Source of the DNA: an uncultured bacterium
GTDB taxonomy: Bacteria; JAGOEH01
Direction: 5' to 3'
Length of the DNA: 58,679 bases
Assembly: GCA_964632485.1 (NCBI GenBank)
Contig: CAZWDO010000003.1
Location: forward strand, 62,001 to 120,679
Of this stretch, positions 50,001 through 58,679 are shown piece by piece. Position numbers and translations under genes: made by a program. The notes below the pieces were generated by a model, which made no database searches, was not told where the DNA came from, and was given only the letters and a program-made list of their open reading frames with translations. Position 1 is the first letter of the stretch, and each line of letters begins with the position of its first letter.

Positions 50001-52345
50001 TCACTACTGGGGCTTATCAAACCAACGGTCTGGGCAGATTGACTCAATTGAGTGTAAGCGGCAAGCGGGTACACAATGTTACGCAGAATTTGTATTATCT
50101 CGATATCCAACCGGCGGTGAATGCCGCAACCGCAGGCGATCTGATCGAGGTGTTTGCCGGTACCTACCCCGAAAATGTTCTTATCGATAAATCACTAACT
50201 CTGTGCTCGAATCCTGCTGACAATGCGGCCAATACCTTTGTCCCCGGGAACGCTGGCTCAGCGGTTTTCACCATTGATGCCGATAACGTGACGATTAGTG
50301 GATTGACCATCAGCAACCCTACGGGGAAAATGGGGGTCTATTCCCAAAATCATTCCGGGATTACGATTGTAAACAATACCTTCACTGACATTGGCAGCGC
50401 GGATGGCACTACCTCCGGCAGTGTGTTCGCGATTGGCATTGTTAGTACTAATGCGGCCGTGAACAATATCACGATTATTAATAATATTATCAATAACATT
50501 TACGGTGGCGATTTTAAAAGCGCCAACGGTATCGCCATTGGCTGGTCAACGGGCGTTTCAGACATCACTAATCTGCGGATTCAGTTTAATGCAATCTCCC
50601 ATATCACGAGTTCGACGAAAGAGTACCCGGCTGGTGGCAGGGGAGCGTATGGCATCATTTTGAATCATGCCCGAGGAACGGCTGGAAATACTGGCCGCAC
50701 CGTCAGTCCTCTGATTTTAAACAATGCGATAACTGATCTGGAAGGCTTGTGGTCGCATGCCATTGGTCTGGAAGGCAATACGCCGGATGCCAGGGTCAAG
50801 GGTAATGTAATCACCAACCTTATCAGCCACAAAACGCCATCTGATGCTGTAGGCGTAATGGTGGAAGATAATCTATCCGCCGCAACGATAACAGTCGATT
50901 CGAACAAGTTTATCAATACGGCTATCGGTATTGCCAATGTGACTGGGATAGGACCTGTGGTTGCAATTCACAACTGGTGGGGATATGAAGGAACCGCGCC
51001 GAATTACGCAGGTGGCGGCCCTCTGCATGTACCATTTAATCCATCCGATCAAAGTCTTAACCCTACCGGTCAGGGTGCGGCTGCGACTGATTTCGTAAGT
51101 TTTATCCCTTGGTGGGAAGATGAAGCCATGACTATCGAAGGCCCCCAACGTCAAAAAAACTTTGTGCTTCGCCGCGGTTGGAATCTGATATCCTCCTATG
51201 TTATACCGAATGCCAAGCGCATGAAGGAAGATATCTTCACCGGCAAAAACTATTTGATCATCAAAGATGACCAGGGAAAAATCATATTCAATCCCTTGAA
51301 TATTGATCAAATTGACGATTGGGATTACAAAGAGGGTTACATGGTTTATATGAACCAGGCTCAACCCCTGGAGATTCAGGGACAGGCGGTCTATCCGGAA
51401 CTAAGCTCCCATCGGATCAATGTGCCCACCGGCGTCTGGTCCTATATTCCTTATTTTCATACTACCGAGGTGAATCTGCCGGATGCTCTGGCGAATTTGG
51501 ATTTAACTACGGTATTACTGGTCAAGGATCAGGATGGTAATATTTATTTCAGCGATGGAACAACGACCATCAATACCATTGGAAATATGAAGCCGGGGCA
51601 GGGGTACCAGATCCGTCTTAAAAGCGGGGAGAGCGATCGTTCGTTCAATTATCCCGCCAATACAGTATTGCCGAAGTCCTGCCAACCCTTGACTTCAAAT
51701 CAGCATCCCAGTCATTTTGTTGTTCCCTTCGTGAATACGGGTAATAATGCAATTCTTTTAGTACATAGTTCATCCTTTTCTGATGGTGATGAAATCGGAG
51801 TGAAGACCGCTGCCGGACGACTGGTTGGCGGCGGAGTATTCCAACAGGGGACAGCCGTCGTGACAGTTTGGGGGGATGATGTGTATTCGGATGAACTCGA
51901 TGGAGCTCAATTGAATGACGATTTGTCATTCTGCTATTGGCAAGCGTCATCGCGAGAAGAACAGCCCCTTGAATTGGTGTCGCTATTCGATATGCTCGCC
52001 AACCATTCAAGCGAATCAGAACTCTATTACCAACAAGATGGATTCTGGACTGTATGGTTGGAGAAGAAAAATGTAAAGCCGGGGTGTTTCGAGTTGGGTC
52101 AGAATGCTCCCAATCCTTTCAATCCAAGCTCGGTGATCAGCTACACTCTTGCCGAAGCGGGACTGGTTAAGTTAGAAGTGTTTAATATCACTGGCCAGAA
52201 AGTAAGCACTTTGGTTAATCAGGTTCAAGATGCCGGACATTATGAAGTAATTTTTCATCAACCGGGACTGGAAAGCGGCCTCTATTTTTACAGATTGAGC
52301 TGTGGTTCTTTTGTGGAAACTAAAAAAATGACTATTTTGAAATAA
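47054..52345 (+). CDS. Large secreted right-handed parallel beta-helix (pectin-lyase-like) protein with T9SS-A CTD
   Basis: Signal peptide and three IQ.A(I/V).....G..I....G.Y.E beta-helix starts, Asn-rich repeats, and C-terminal QNAPNPFNP...SGLYFYRL...KKMTILK. Confidence 0.88.
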   Translation: MRFFNKTFLVSVFSILAIVFSSAIAELVVHDVDLGQITLQRNGQTFSAKSGAKGQPLAAQMVDEAWVDDDFGPFTPGWDTTHFASIQTAIDSLNPGGIIHIAAGAYYEDINIRKPLQLNGPNLGVDPNTGVRGPEAIIFPATCEPDPWGATARSIVYIEVSGVTINGLSFNGDNPTLTSAFDYNGANIDASEGIASYESVSNIAITHNIIQNITYSAIDLYNYENGSPATSNNLIAQNLFEKISGYWYGTPPALNFGIGILIYNNFYADILDNYFFDVRVGIQTGNYSKANPTPGLSNNIANNHIESIRRGIFYNLHYSNATPFTVANNTITSAPGATENWGIMISSQQGGVSAVFLNNSITNTYIGINCWNDPTSNNITIQGGFITGCEYGMRIDNFDGYKSNGNSTNAILNGVTVSNSGVAALWVKDNPSNDIGATVSGGILAGTIFTNNPIDVLIDGIDASATSQINGLKWQFVNLEVTNPIQTAINRLSAGDVLLIPAGTYNENIDVNKQLTIIGAGSSSDPTVSTILTQTSAGAGDSKIGVIQLTASGTPGAFVGIKNLRVLPVNLAGISVGRFCESTGASIEYVELRNVHVIGSYHTEPCGEQERGLYVDLTSSLSHLLLDQCAFNGLDYGWYIQKAVSADPSTVSDVRVSNTEFRDNIAKGFYAEKLDNAQFIGCNVVNNGDATWGNTCTYFKPWLCGIDINLKAGAYQNLVFDNCVFSGNGIGEAKEGCGLAIKARDDGATYGVFPASLSNVTIQNCLFDGNERGIRFGEPGKNNQGPVNVVVSQTRIMNNAQSYSGTDGSAYGGLINHTQSLVNGQSNYWGGSLTNSTGPEGDGDDAFGNLAFEPYYIDYAMTTLSEGGQTCLGHFCYVPSGASANILLWNDLTVDGILLETGDEIGVFSSDPANPDGVFCVGAVIWNGANTQITVYGRVNEYGIIEKGLLAGEQMAFRVWKQATNAEFNSVNSTYNPNPPYTITTGAYQTNGLGRLTQLSVSGKRVHNVTQNLYYLDIQPAVNAATAGDLIEVFAGTYPENVLIDKSLTLCSNPADNAANTFVPGNAGSAVFTIDADNVTISGLTISNPTGKMGVYSQNHSGITIVNNTFTDIGSADGTTSGSVFAIGIVSTNAAVNNITIINNIINNIYGGDFKSANGIAIGWSTGVSDITNLRIQFNAISHITSSTKEYPAGGRGAYGIILNHARGTAGNTGRTVSPLILNNAITDLEGLWSHAIGLEGNTPDARVKGNVITNLISHKTPSDAVGVMVEDNLSAATITVDSNKFINTAIGIANVTGIGPVVAIHNWWGYEGTAPNYAGGGPLHVPFNPSDQSLNPTGQGAAATDFVSFIPWWEDEAMTIEGPQRQKNFVLRRGWNLISSYVIPNAKRMKEDIFTGKNYLIIKDDQGKIIFNPLNIDQIDDWDYKEGYMVYMNQAQPLEIQGQAVYPELSSHRINVPTGVWSYIPYFHTTEVNLPDALANLDLTTVLLVKDQDGNIYFSDGTTTINTIGNMKPGQGYQIRLKSGESDRSFNYPANTVLPKSCQPLTSNQHPSHFVVPFVNTGNNAILLVHSSSFSDGDEIGVKTAAGRLVGGGVFQQGTAVVTVWGDDVYSDELDGAQLNDDLSFCYWQASSREEQPLELVSLFDMLANHSSESELYYQQDGFWTVWLEKKNVKPGCFELGQNAPNPFNPSSVISYTLAEAGLVKLEVFNITGQKVSTLVNQVQDAGHYEVIFHQPGLESGLYFYRLSCGSFVETKKMTILK

Positions 52346-52366
52346 TCGCTCCAATTCTGTAATGTC

Positions 52367-52398
52367 AGCGGGAGAGTTAGGCTCTCCCGCTTTTTTTT
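52367..52398 (+). terminator. Rho-independent terminator
   Basis: Hairpin AGCGGGAGAG-TTAGG-CTCTCCCGCT followed by a T run. Confidence 0.9.
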
Positions 52399-52535
52399 GT
52401 CGATTTAAAAAAATATCGTGAATTATCGCCCAGGCCTAATAATATTTTCATACGAAGGACTCGCTAAAACTTTTTTTATATATGATTGAAATTTTTGTAT
52501 AGATAGATTCAGTATGATACCAATGGAATTTTATC

Positions 52536-52564
52536 TTGACAAAGATGTAAAAAGTTGTTAAAAT
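52536..52564 (+). promoter_or_regulatory. Putative sigma-70 promoter with no intact downstream gene
   Basis: TTGACA-N17-TAAAAT with TGn. Confidence 0.55.
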
Positions 52565-52596
52565 GAATGCATGAGTGCGCAAATTTTTCAGAAAAA

Positions 52597-52681
52597 ACCC
52601 CTCTGGAGCTTATAAAACAATCGGATGATACTTTACACGGCGAAAGAAAATGGACGCAACCAGGTTGTTGTGATGCGCTGA
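52597..52681 (+). pseudogene. Frameshifted remnant of a GGDEF-domain C-terminus
   Basis: TPLELIKQSDD, then a frameshift at ~52630, then LYTAKENGRNQVVVMR*. Confidence 0.7.
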
Positions 52682-52718
52682 TGGGCGTGAAGGCTTATGC
52701 TCTCCAGCGAGTAGAATA

Positions 52719-52748
52719 GAAAAAGGGCGGTCTGTGCAGGCCGCCCCT
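52719..52748 (-). terminator. Rho-independent terminator of the TonB receptor operon
   Basis: Hairpin GGGCGGCCTG-CA-CAGACCGCCC followed by TTTTT on the minus strand, just past the stop at 52781. Confidence 0.7.
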
Positions 52749-52780
52749 GGAGTGTGGGAGGGAATATGAGAAAAGCAGGG

Positions 52781-53536
52781 TTAGAAACTGCCGAATTTAA
52801 CCGCCATGTTCAGAGATGGACCGCTGAGATCGCTGTTTTCCGTATTAGGCAGATCAAGGCCGGCTACTACCCGGTAAGCGGCGCCGAAATCAATACGCAT
52901 AAATTTAAACACATTTAATTCAATCCAAATTCCGGGTTCGAAAACAAAAAACGCGCTGCTTTCATAGATTTCGTGTTTTTTATCATCATCCCAATCACGT
53001 GGATTGGTATAAACCAGGCCCCCGGCGCCAATGAGAGCCGAGGCGGCTAAATGAATCCGTTTGTGGGGGTGGTTGATATATTCCATATAGAGGCCACCCC
53101 AACCGCCTTCCAGGCAGGCGACTGAATCCCGCGCCTTAAAGGGTTCAATTCCGCTCCAATCGTAACCATCGACTTTGTGGCTTGTTACAATGCCGTAACC
53201 CGCGCCACCGATTACAAAAGAATGGTTGAGCAGCAGACCGCCTTTGCCGCCGACCAGCATGGCATCTTCACCCTGGATGCGGGTATAACGAACTTCGGGT
53301 CCGCCGAATCCTCCCAGTTTGATATCGCCGCTGAAAAAAGTTTCCATCGGGTCTGTCTGATTATTAGTGGGCGCCGTATATTCCTTTACGTAGAACTTGT
53401 CGATCGGCTCTTGGCCGGTTTGGAGATTGCTGTCAATTTTACTTACTGAATCCCCCGGGATAGCCGGTACTATGGGATCAGCTACAATCATGGCGGTTGT
53501 CATTAAAACCAGTAATGCGAATGTGTACCATTTCAT
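52781..53536 (-). CDS. Outer-membrane beta-barrel protein, function unknown
   Basis: Signal peptide, Gly/aromatic amphipathic strands (GGFGGP, YGI, WGGLY.EY) and C-terminal VKFGSF. Confidence 0.75.
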   Translation of the reverse strand: MKWYTFALLVLMTTAMIVADPIVPAIPGDSVSKIDSNLQTGQEPIDKFYVKEYTAPTNNQTDPMETFFSGDIKLGGFGGPEVRYTRIQGEDAMLVGGKGGLLLNHSFVIGGAGYGIVTSHKVDGYDWSGIEPFKARDSVACLEGGWGGLYMEYINHPHKRIHLAASALIGAGGLVYTNPRDWDDDKKHEIYESSAFFVFEPGIWIELNVFKFMRIDFGAAYRVVAGLDLPNTENSDLSGPSLNMAVKFGSF

Positions 53537-53561
53537 AATATTCTCCTCTTGTGAATTGAAG

Positions 53562-54497
53562 TTATTTGGTGATTGTTGTATAAAGTTGAACGCCGCTTAC
53601 TGAACCGAAATACCCGATTCCGTTTTGAATCCCTGATTTGCGGTATCCCTCAGTCTGATACATGTAATTATAATAGTTCTGGTCGATGCTGAAAAGCGTC
53701 AGTCGATAGCGTCCATAAAAGACGAACATGCTGGAATAAGCATCTTCGATAATTTTTCCGTTGGAATCAGGCAAAAAGGACATAAAGAAATTAATTTTAC
53801 GCGGTTGTTGGCTGATAGGATCTTCATATTCATCTTTATCTTCGGGTTTCTCATGGCCGAAAAAGACATTGACATATTCGGCATCCTGCCAGGATTCCAT
53901 GCAGAAGGTTTCATAGTAGCAAATGATGTTTTTTTCGCCGGGTAAAATTTCTGCATGGGCGACTATTGGATACTTTTTGTCAATAGAATCATAAACCATG
54001 GTTGGGAATTGAGTAGTCGAATCGGTTGAATACCCGGAATTGGGTTCAACTGTAAGTTTCTTAGGGATTGTTGTTTCCGCTTGGATGGTTGTGATAAGAC
54101 TATCTCCGGAATCGGTATAAATATCGACCCATAATGTGTAGGCTTTTCCTTCTTCAGGTTTAAAAGCCCGTGATGAGTCGATCATGGTCATCGGATCAAA
54201 GTAAAGGGGGTAGGCCTGTCCTTCATAAGCTGCTTGTGTCAGGGAATAAAATTTATCATGACTGGGGTCATATATTTTCACATCCGCTTTAACGAGCATG
54301 GATAGCAAGTTCATTGTATCGGCATGCTCAATGCTTTTACCGATTTTTATAGCGTTTTCGATTCCGATGGGTTTCCCCTCTTCCAGCAATCCGGCAACGT
54401 AATAAAGATCATTTTCGTAGCGCGCATCAGAAGTGGGCGAACTGCATCCCAGGATCAAAGCTAAGGTGATAAGCGCGGGTATTAATATGATTCGCAT
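53562..54497 (-). CDS. DUF4249-like lipoprotein partner of a TonB-dependent receptor
   Basis: Lipobox LILGC, ETTIP, SIDQNYYNY and SGIQNGIGYFGSVS; lies directly downstream of the receptor. Confidence 0.8.
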   Translation of the reverse strand: MRIILIPALITLALILGCSSPTSDARYENDLYYVAGLLEEGKPIGIENAIKIGKSIEHADTMNLLSMLVKADVKIYDPSHDKFYSLTQAAYEGQAYPLYFDPMTMIDSSRAFKPEEGKAYTLWVDIYTDSGDSLITTIQAETTIPKKLTVEPNSGYSTDSTTQFPTMVYDSIDKKYPIVAHAEILPGEKNIICYYETFCMESWQDAEYVNVFFGHEKPEDKDEYEDPISQQPRKINFFMSFLPDSNGKIIEDAYSSMFVFYGRYRLTLFSIDQNYYNYMYQTEGYRKSGIQNGIGYFGSVSGVQLYTTITK

Positions 54498-54536
54498 GGT
54501 GTTTCCTTTCCTAATTTATGGTTAATAAACGCTTAT

Positions 54537-56864
54537 TTAGAAAACAATATTCACGCCGACGAAGGGAATCCGTGGGAACATGGTAGCATCATCGTTTTTA
54601 ATAGTAAAAAGCATTGGATTCTCCGGATTTATTTGCGGGGTGTAAGTGCGGAACCAGACGTTTTCAGAATTGAAAACATTAATAATTTGGAGATAAGGCT
54701 CAATCGCCCAGGACTTATGATCCCAACGCATATTCAGATTGACATCAAAACGGGAATAATTGGGGAGCCGAAAACGGTCAGAGTAGCTGTAAATCGGGTT
54801 GAGTTGATAATCGTTGTTGACATACCAACGCTCCGGCTGGTAGTAGGGTTGGCCGGTGTAATAGGCATAGGAAAGCCCGATTTTCCAATCGGCGCCCCAA
54901 ATCTTTGAGGGTAAAGAATAGGTTTCGACGACATTAATCTGGTGTGTCCGGTCATATTTCGGATAATAGTATTCCGTAACGCCATTATTCGGATTCATAT
55001 TCATGTTTTCGACTTTGCGGCGTGTAATCCCGAAAGCATATCCCACAAAACCTTCAAAGTTTTTCCAGTTGGTTTTGAACAATATATCGATTCCATAGGA
55101 AAAGCCTTTACCCATGTTGAAAATATCGCCCAGCTTGCCCGTACTGTTGTTCCATTCCCAATCGGTTTCCATTCGGTATTCAACCAGATGGTCGTAGTCT
55201 TTGTAATAGGTTTCTATATCAAAGTCGATTCCATCCCAAAGTGTCGTTTTGTACCCGACAGTGAAGTGATTGGAAACTCCGGGTTTCACCGATTTGTCCA
55301 GGGGAAACCAAAGATCGAAAGGACTAGCTTCACCCATATTGACGGAAGTCAGGAATTGTGAATAATGGCCATAACTGAAGAAAAGAGCGGATTCGAGGCT
55401 TAGTTTGCGGCGGATTGAAAAGCGGGGTTCAATAAAAATATCGTTTCGTCCGCTTGCGCCAGGCAGATTTGATGAAGTATGATTGAATGCGCTCCGCACG
55501 CCTAACTGCAGCGTCCAAACCGGAGATATTTTCCAGCTTTCCTGCGCATATAAGGCTGTATTATAATTTTTGGTATCTACATTGGGCATGTGACTGGTAT
55601 CGGCATTATCATCTTTGCTTGTGAATCTGAAATTGATATCGAGTTGTTTCATTTCAAAACCGAAATCGATCGCATGGTCTTCATTGGGTTTATAATTCAT
55701 AATTCCCTTGATGGAAAGATCGGTTAAATTGTTTTCGCGTTTCATAAACTCCTTTTCACTATCGGTATCAATAATAAAATCTGAACCGTAATGACTGCCG
55801 GCGAGGATGAAGTGGGAAAAAAATTGGGGGCTGAATATATGTATCCATTGGGAACTGAAGGTTTCGTTTCCCCAGACAAACCGCAGGGTTGAACCAAAAT
55901 CGAATTTTAAATTGTCTTTTCCGAGATAAGTGCTGAAACTCAATTTGTCCTGATCGGACAGGTCTATATTGAATTTAGCGTGGCCATCATAGAAATAATA
56001 ATTGGGCAAATCGGCGGAGAGAAACATGTCGACAATATCAAGATAGGTTCGTCGTCCCGAGACCATGTAGGAACCCTGATGGCCATCGATTTGCCAGGGT
56101 CCTTCAACCGTTGCGCTTGTGCTGAGAATGCTCAAGCGCGCGATACCATCGAATTCCTTGCGGTTGCCGTCTTTGTTGGATACATTTAATACTGAGGATA
56201 AGCGGCCGCCGTATTGAGCGGGATAACTGCTTTTCAATAATTCAACGTCCCGAATCGCGTCCGTGTTGAATGTACTGAAGACCCCGCCAAAATGAGTAGG
56301 ATTGTAGACATCAATTCCGTCGATCAAAATCAGATTTTGATCCTGGCTGCCACCACGTACATAGAGACCGCTGGAATAGTCGGATATGGCTGAGACTCCG
56401 GGCATGGCCTGTACCGCGCGAAAAACGTCGGCTTCAGCGATCTGCGCCGCCTGCTTGATCTCACGCGTTGTCGCATGCAAATTCCCGGTGGTGATGAAAT
56501 GTCCGTTGACCGCATCGGCGGAGTCTTCAACAACAATCTCCTGCATGGCAATTTCACCCGAATTCAGTTCCAGATTCACGACCATCTGCTCATCTATTCC
56601 ATTAATGGACAGCTTGCGACTTTGGGATTGATAACTGATATGGTCAAAGAGAAGCTCGACTACTCCGGGCTTAATGCCTGTAATGACATAGTAACCTTTA
56701 TAATTTGAAACTGACCCAATATGCTGATTTTTTACAATCACATTGACATAGCCGATCGGTTCGCCGCTATTGGCTTCGGTAATAAAACCGGTAATGGTTG
56801 CAGCTTGAGCCTGGATCAACAGCGCTGTCAGCAGCGCGAAAATCCTGCATACTCGAAAAAACAT
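54537..56864 (-). CDS. TonB-dependent receptor with an N-terminal carboxypeptidase-regulatory-like domain
   Basis: ITGFI.E..SGEPI, EADVFRAVQAMPGV, LYVRGGSQDQNL, YGGRLSSV, RLPNYSRFD and a C-terminal Phe. Start ATG 56864 behind AGGAGG. Confidence 0.92.
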   Translation of the reverse strand: MFFRVCRIFALLTALLIQAQAATITGFITEANSGEPIGYVNVIVKNQHIGSVSNYKGYYVITGIKPGVVELLFDHISYQSQSRKLSINGIDEQMVVNLELNSGEIAMQEIVVEDSADAVNGHFITTGNLHATTREIKQAAQIAEADVFRAVQAMPGVSAISDYSSGLYVRGGSQDQNLILIDGIDVYNPTHFGGVFSTFNTDAIRDVELLKSSYPAQYGGRLSSVLNVSNKDGNRKEFDGIARLSILSTSATVEGPWQIDGHQGSYMVSGRRTYLDIVDMFLSADLPNYYFYDGHAKFNIDLSDQDKLSFSTYLGKDNLKFDFGSTLRFVWGNETFSSQWIHIFSPQFFSHFILAGSHYGSDFIIDTDSEKEFMKRENNLTDLSIKGIMNYKPNEDHAIDFGFEMKQLDINFRFTSKDDNADTSHMPNVDTKNYNTALYAQESWKISPVWTLQLGVRSAFNHTSSNLPGASGRNDIFIEPRFSIRRKLSLESALFFSYGHYSQFLTSVNMGEASPFDLWFPLDKSVKPGVSNHFTVGYKTTLWDGIDFDIETYYKDYDHLVEYRMETDWEWNNSTGKLGDIFNMGKGFSYGIDILFKTNWKNFEGFVGYAFGITRRKVENMNMNPNNGVTEYYYPKYDRTHQINVVETYSLPSKIWGADWKIGLSYAYYTGQPYYQPERWYVNNDYQLNPIYSYSDRFRLPNYSRFDVNLNMRWDHKSWAIEPYLQIINVFNSENVWFRTYTPQINPENPMLFTIKNDDATMFPRIPFVGVNIVF

Positions 56865-56919
56865 GGTTCCTCCTTGTAAATTTAAAACTTGATTCGCAAT
56901 TTCACATGTCATTTTATAA

Positions 56920-56937
56920 TTGCATCATTCGTGCCAA
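56920..56937 (-). promoter_or_regulatory. Sigma-54 (-24/-12) promoter
   Basis: Minus-strand TTGGCACGAATGATGCAA (GG-N10-GC). Confidence 0.8.
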
Positions 56938-56964
56938 TTGTATAAATTATTAAAAGTAATCTTG

Positions 56965-56977
56965 TAACATATTGATT
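56965..56977 (-). promoter_or_regulatory. IHF-consensus site
   Basis: AATCAATATGTTA matches WATCAANNNNTTR and lies between the sigma-54 promoter and the upstream palindromes. Confidence 0.5.
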
Positions 56978-57042
56978 TATAACATATTATATTTTATAGC
57001 CGAAAATTTGTTATTTTGAAAAAAAGATTTTATTTGGCTGAA

Positions 57043-57105
57043 TTGCTGATTTTTCAGCAACACTACGTTGTTAAATCAACACTGTTAAAAGTGGGGTGTT
57101 GATTT
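57043..57105. promoter_or_regulatory. Candidate enhancer (UAS) palindromes
   Basis: TTGCTGA-TTTT-TCAGCAA (57043-57060) and AAATCAACAC-N13-GTGTTGATTT (57073-57105). Confidence 0.55.
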
Positions 57106-57397
57106 GAACTGCTTTTTTCATCTCATCCCTTATGATCGAAGGTGTGAAATCGCTTATTAAAGGATGAAAAGGAATGAGTGGCTAGTCAGAATTCTATGTA
57201 TGGACCCGTGCATGGGGGAATAGCCAATCGTCCGGGATGTTCTGATATTCTAGAGTCTATGATTTCCTGAAAGATGTAATGCTAAACGCAATTTTATCGA
57301 TAAATAGACACGCTTCCATAGCGCAAAACAAGCATCCTCATTTCATTAAAAGAATGGAAAAACCTATTAACAAGGGCTGTTCAATTTTCTAAAATAG

Positions 57398-58285
57398 TCA
57401 AGGCTGGTGGAGCAGAAGCGTATCAATGGCGGCGGATAGCTCCCGGTTGAAGGTTTCCGGGGTTTCCAAGGGGAGAAAGTGGCCATATCCTGCAATGATA
57501 CGGGTTTCGAAGAACGGCGCATGTCGTTTTCCTGCTTCCGTATCTGTGGGCCGTCGATCGGTATTGATGCATACGACCGGAAGCTGAACTGAATCCAATC
57601 CTTGCGCAAAAGAATAATGCAATAGATCATTAATAGAGGCAATTGCTACATCCGCTGGCGCCGAGCTCATGTCCGCAATAATTGTATCTACCAGCAGGCT
57701 ATCAGATTTTTTTGAAAAAACTGATCTCATAGACATGCGTGTATTTCCGGCAAAGTCACTTTTCAGAAAGTTGATATATTGTTGAATCCCTTCTTCCTGA
57801 TTGACGTTTTCGACATTCTGCATCATATCCACGGCAATCAGGCCGATCACTTTCCCCTTGAGCAATTTGGCAGCTTCAGTGATTACAGCGCTCCCCATGG
57901 AATGCCCCACTAAAATGAGATTCGATAAATTAAGTTGATTTACAACCGCCGCCACATCTTTACCATAAGCTGATATGCTCCAGTCCCTGCGTTCCAATCC
58001 GGATTGGCCATGCCCTGCCAGATCAAGCGCAACGACATGAAAACGTCCGGCAAAAACCGGCCATTGATAGCGCCAGTAGCTTCGATCGCCACACCAGCAA
58101 TGGACAAAAACAATGGCAGTATCGCCCACGCCTTCAGTTTGGTACACGATTGAGACAGAATCAGCGCTACGGACTGAATCTACTACGAATACTCCGGTAT
58201 TCTCTGCTTTTTTTCCACACACACTCAGCAAAATTATCCACAAACAAAGCATGGATAGAATTAACAGTTTCTTTTGGATTTTCAT
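57398..58285 (-). CDS. Exported alpha/beta-fold hydrolase
   Basis: VFVHCW, LDLAGHGQS, nucleophile motif GHSMG and GHFLPLE; N-terminal signal/lipoprotein-like stretch. AAGGAG RBS. Confidence 0.9.
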   Translation of the reverse strand: MKIQKKLLILSMLCLWIILLSVCGKKAENTGVFVVDSVRSADSVSIVYQTEGVGDTAIVFVHCWCGDRSYWRYQWPVFAGRFHVVALDLAGHGQSGLERRDWSISAYGKDVAAVVNQLNLSNLILVGHSMGSAVITEAAKLLKGKVIGLIAVDMMQNVENVNQEEGIQQYINFLKSDFAGNTRMSMRSVFSKKSDSLLVDTIIADMSSAPADVAIASINDLLHYSFAQGLDSVQLPVVCINTDRRPTDTEAGKRHAPFFETRIIAGYGHFLPLETPETFNRELSAAIDTLLLHQP

Positions 58286-58316
58286 TTTTGACTCCTTGTT
58301 AGTTAATGAAGTTATT

Positions 58317-58679
58317 CTAATGAACCCATAAAATTTTTCGGGCAATGGGAACATTATCGATTTGACCGATCAGCAAATAGATGCCGCTGGCGACTGCCTG
58401 GCCGCTATCCGATAAGCCTTTCCAAAAAAATTTTTGAGAACCGGCGGCGAAGCAGCCGTGTAAGAGATTGGCTACTTGACGTCCATTTAAATCGAATATG
58501 CGTAAATATCCCTGAGCATTTTTTTGGGCAATTACTTCAATAGAGATAAGGTGACTGCCTGGGTTGGGGAAAAGGCGAATGAGGGGTGTTTCTTTCATTC
58601 CGATAGCTGTTTCATCTATTCGTGTTTGTGATTCAGTTTTAAAAGACCAAACCGGACCGGGCATTTGATAGCCATCATT
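58317..58679 (-). CDS. C-terminal part of a secreted protein (end of an Fn3-like module + T9SS/FlgD CTD); 5' end lies outside the window
   Basis: Frame open to the window edge. GPVWSFKT, LFPNPG, IFDLNGRQV, WKG..SG..VASGIYL. Confidence 0.85.
   Translation of the reverse strand, partial: NDGYQMPGPVWSFKTESQTRIDETAIGMKETPLIRLFPNPGSHLISIEVIAQKNAQGYLRIFDLNGRQVANLLHGCFAAGSQKFFWKGLSDSGQAVASGIYLLIGQIDNVPIARKILWVH

Noticed and set aside
1-58679. Numerous 60-210 aa ORFs overlapping the long genes; also rRNA, tRNA, IS and integrase genes
   Set aside because: The overlapping ORFs are antisense or alternate-frame shadows without motifs, and no RNA genes or mobile-element genes were recognised.

Overview
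This is a bacterial genomic window with one short N gap, most likely from an FCB-supergroup-like organism, since several secreted proteins carry T9SS/FlgD-type C-terminal domains. From left to right it holds a partial MBOAT gene, an RsmB/NOP-type methyltransferase, a PAS hybrid kinase, and a nine-gene phosphate/anion uptake operon behind a LacI repressor with two perfect LacI-type operators (two CYTH proteins, DASS, DUF47, PiT, OprO/P porin, lamin-tail lipoprotein, beta-propeller). The most interesting part is a ~15.5 kb block (16.8-32.3 kb) bracketed by two inward-facing cassettes. Each cassette encodes a 265-aa protein with a conserved YxxPEIFSF...GQT leader and 21-23 Cys-x-x-(x)-Gly repeats, followed directly by an HPr-kinase-like P-loop protein. 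The first cassette also has an unannotated, stop-interrupted PqqD/RRE-like remnant upstream. Between the cassettes lie a glycosyltransferase operon ending in a GT2 + B12-radical-SAM + methyltransferase fusion, a hybrid kinase and a TonB-dependent receptor. I read this block as a candidate RiPP-like system with giant precursors; that is inference, not proof. The right half holds large modular secreted proteins, a type-B CTD protein with a PorP/SprF-like partner, a GGDEF protein, an NtrB/NtrC-like pair, three sigma-54 promoters, a TonB receptor/DUF4249 operon and an alpha/beta hydrolase. All family calls come from motif recognition by eye; no searches were run.
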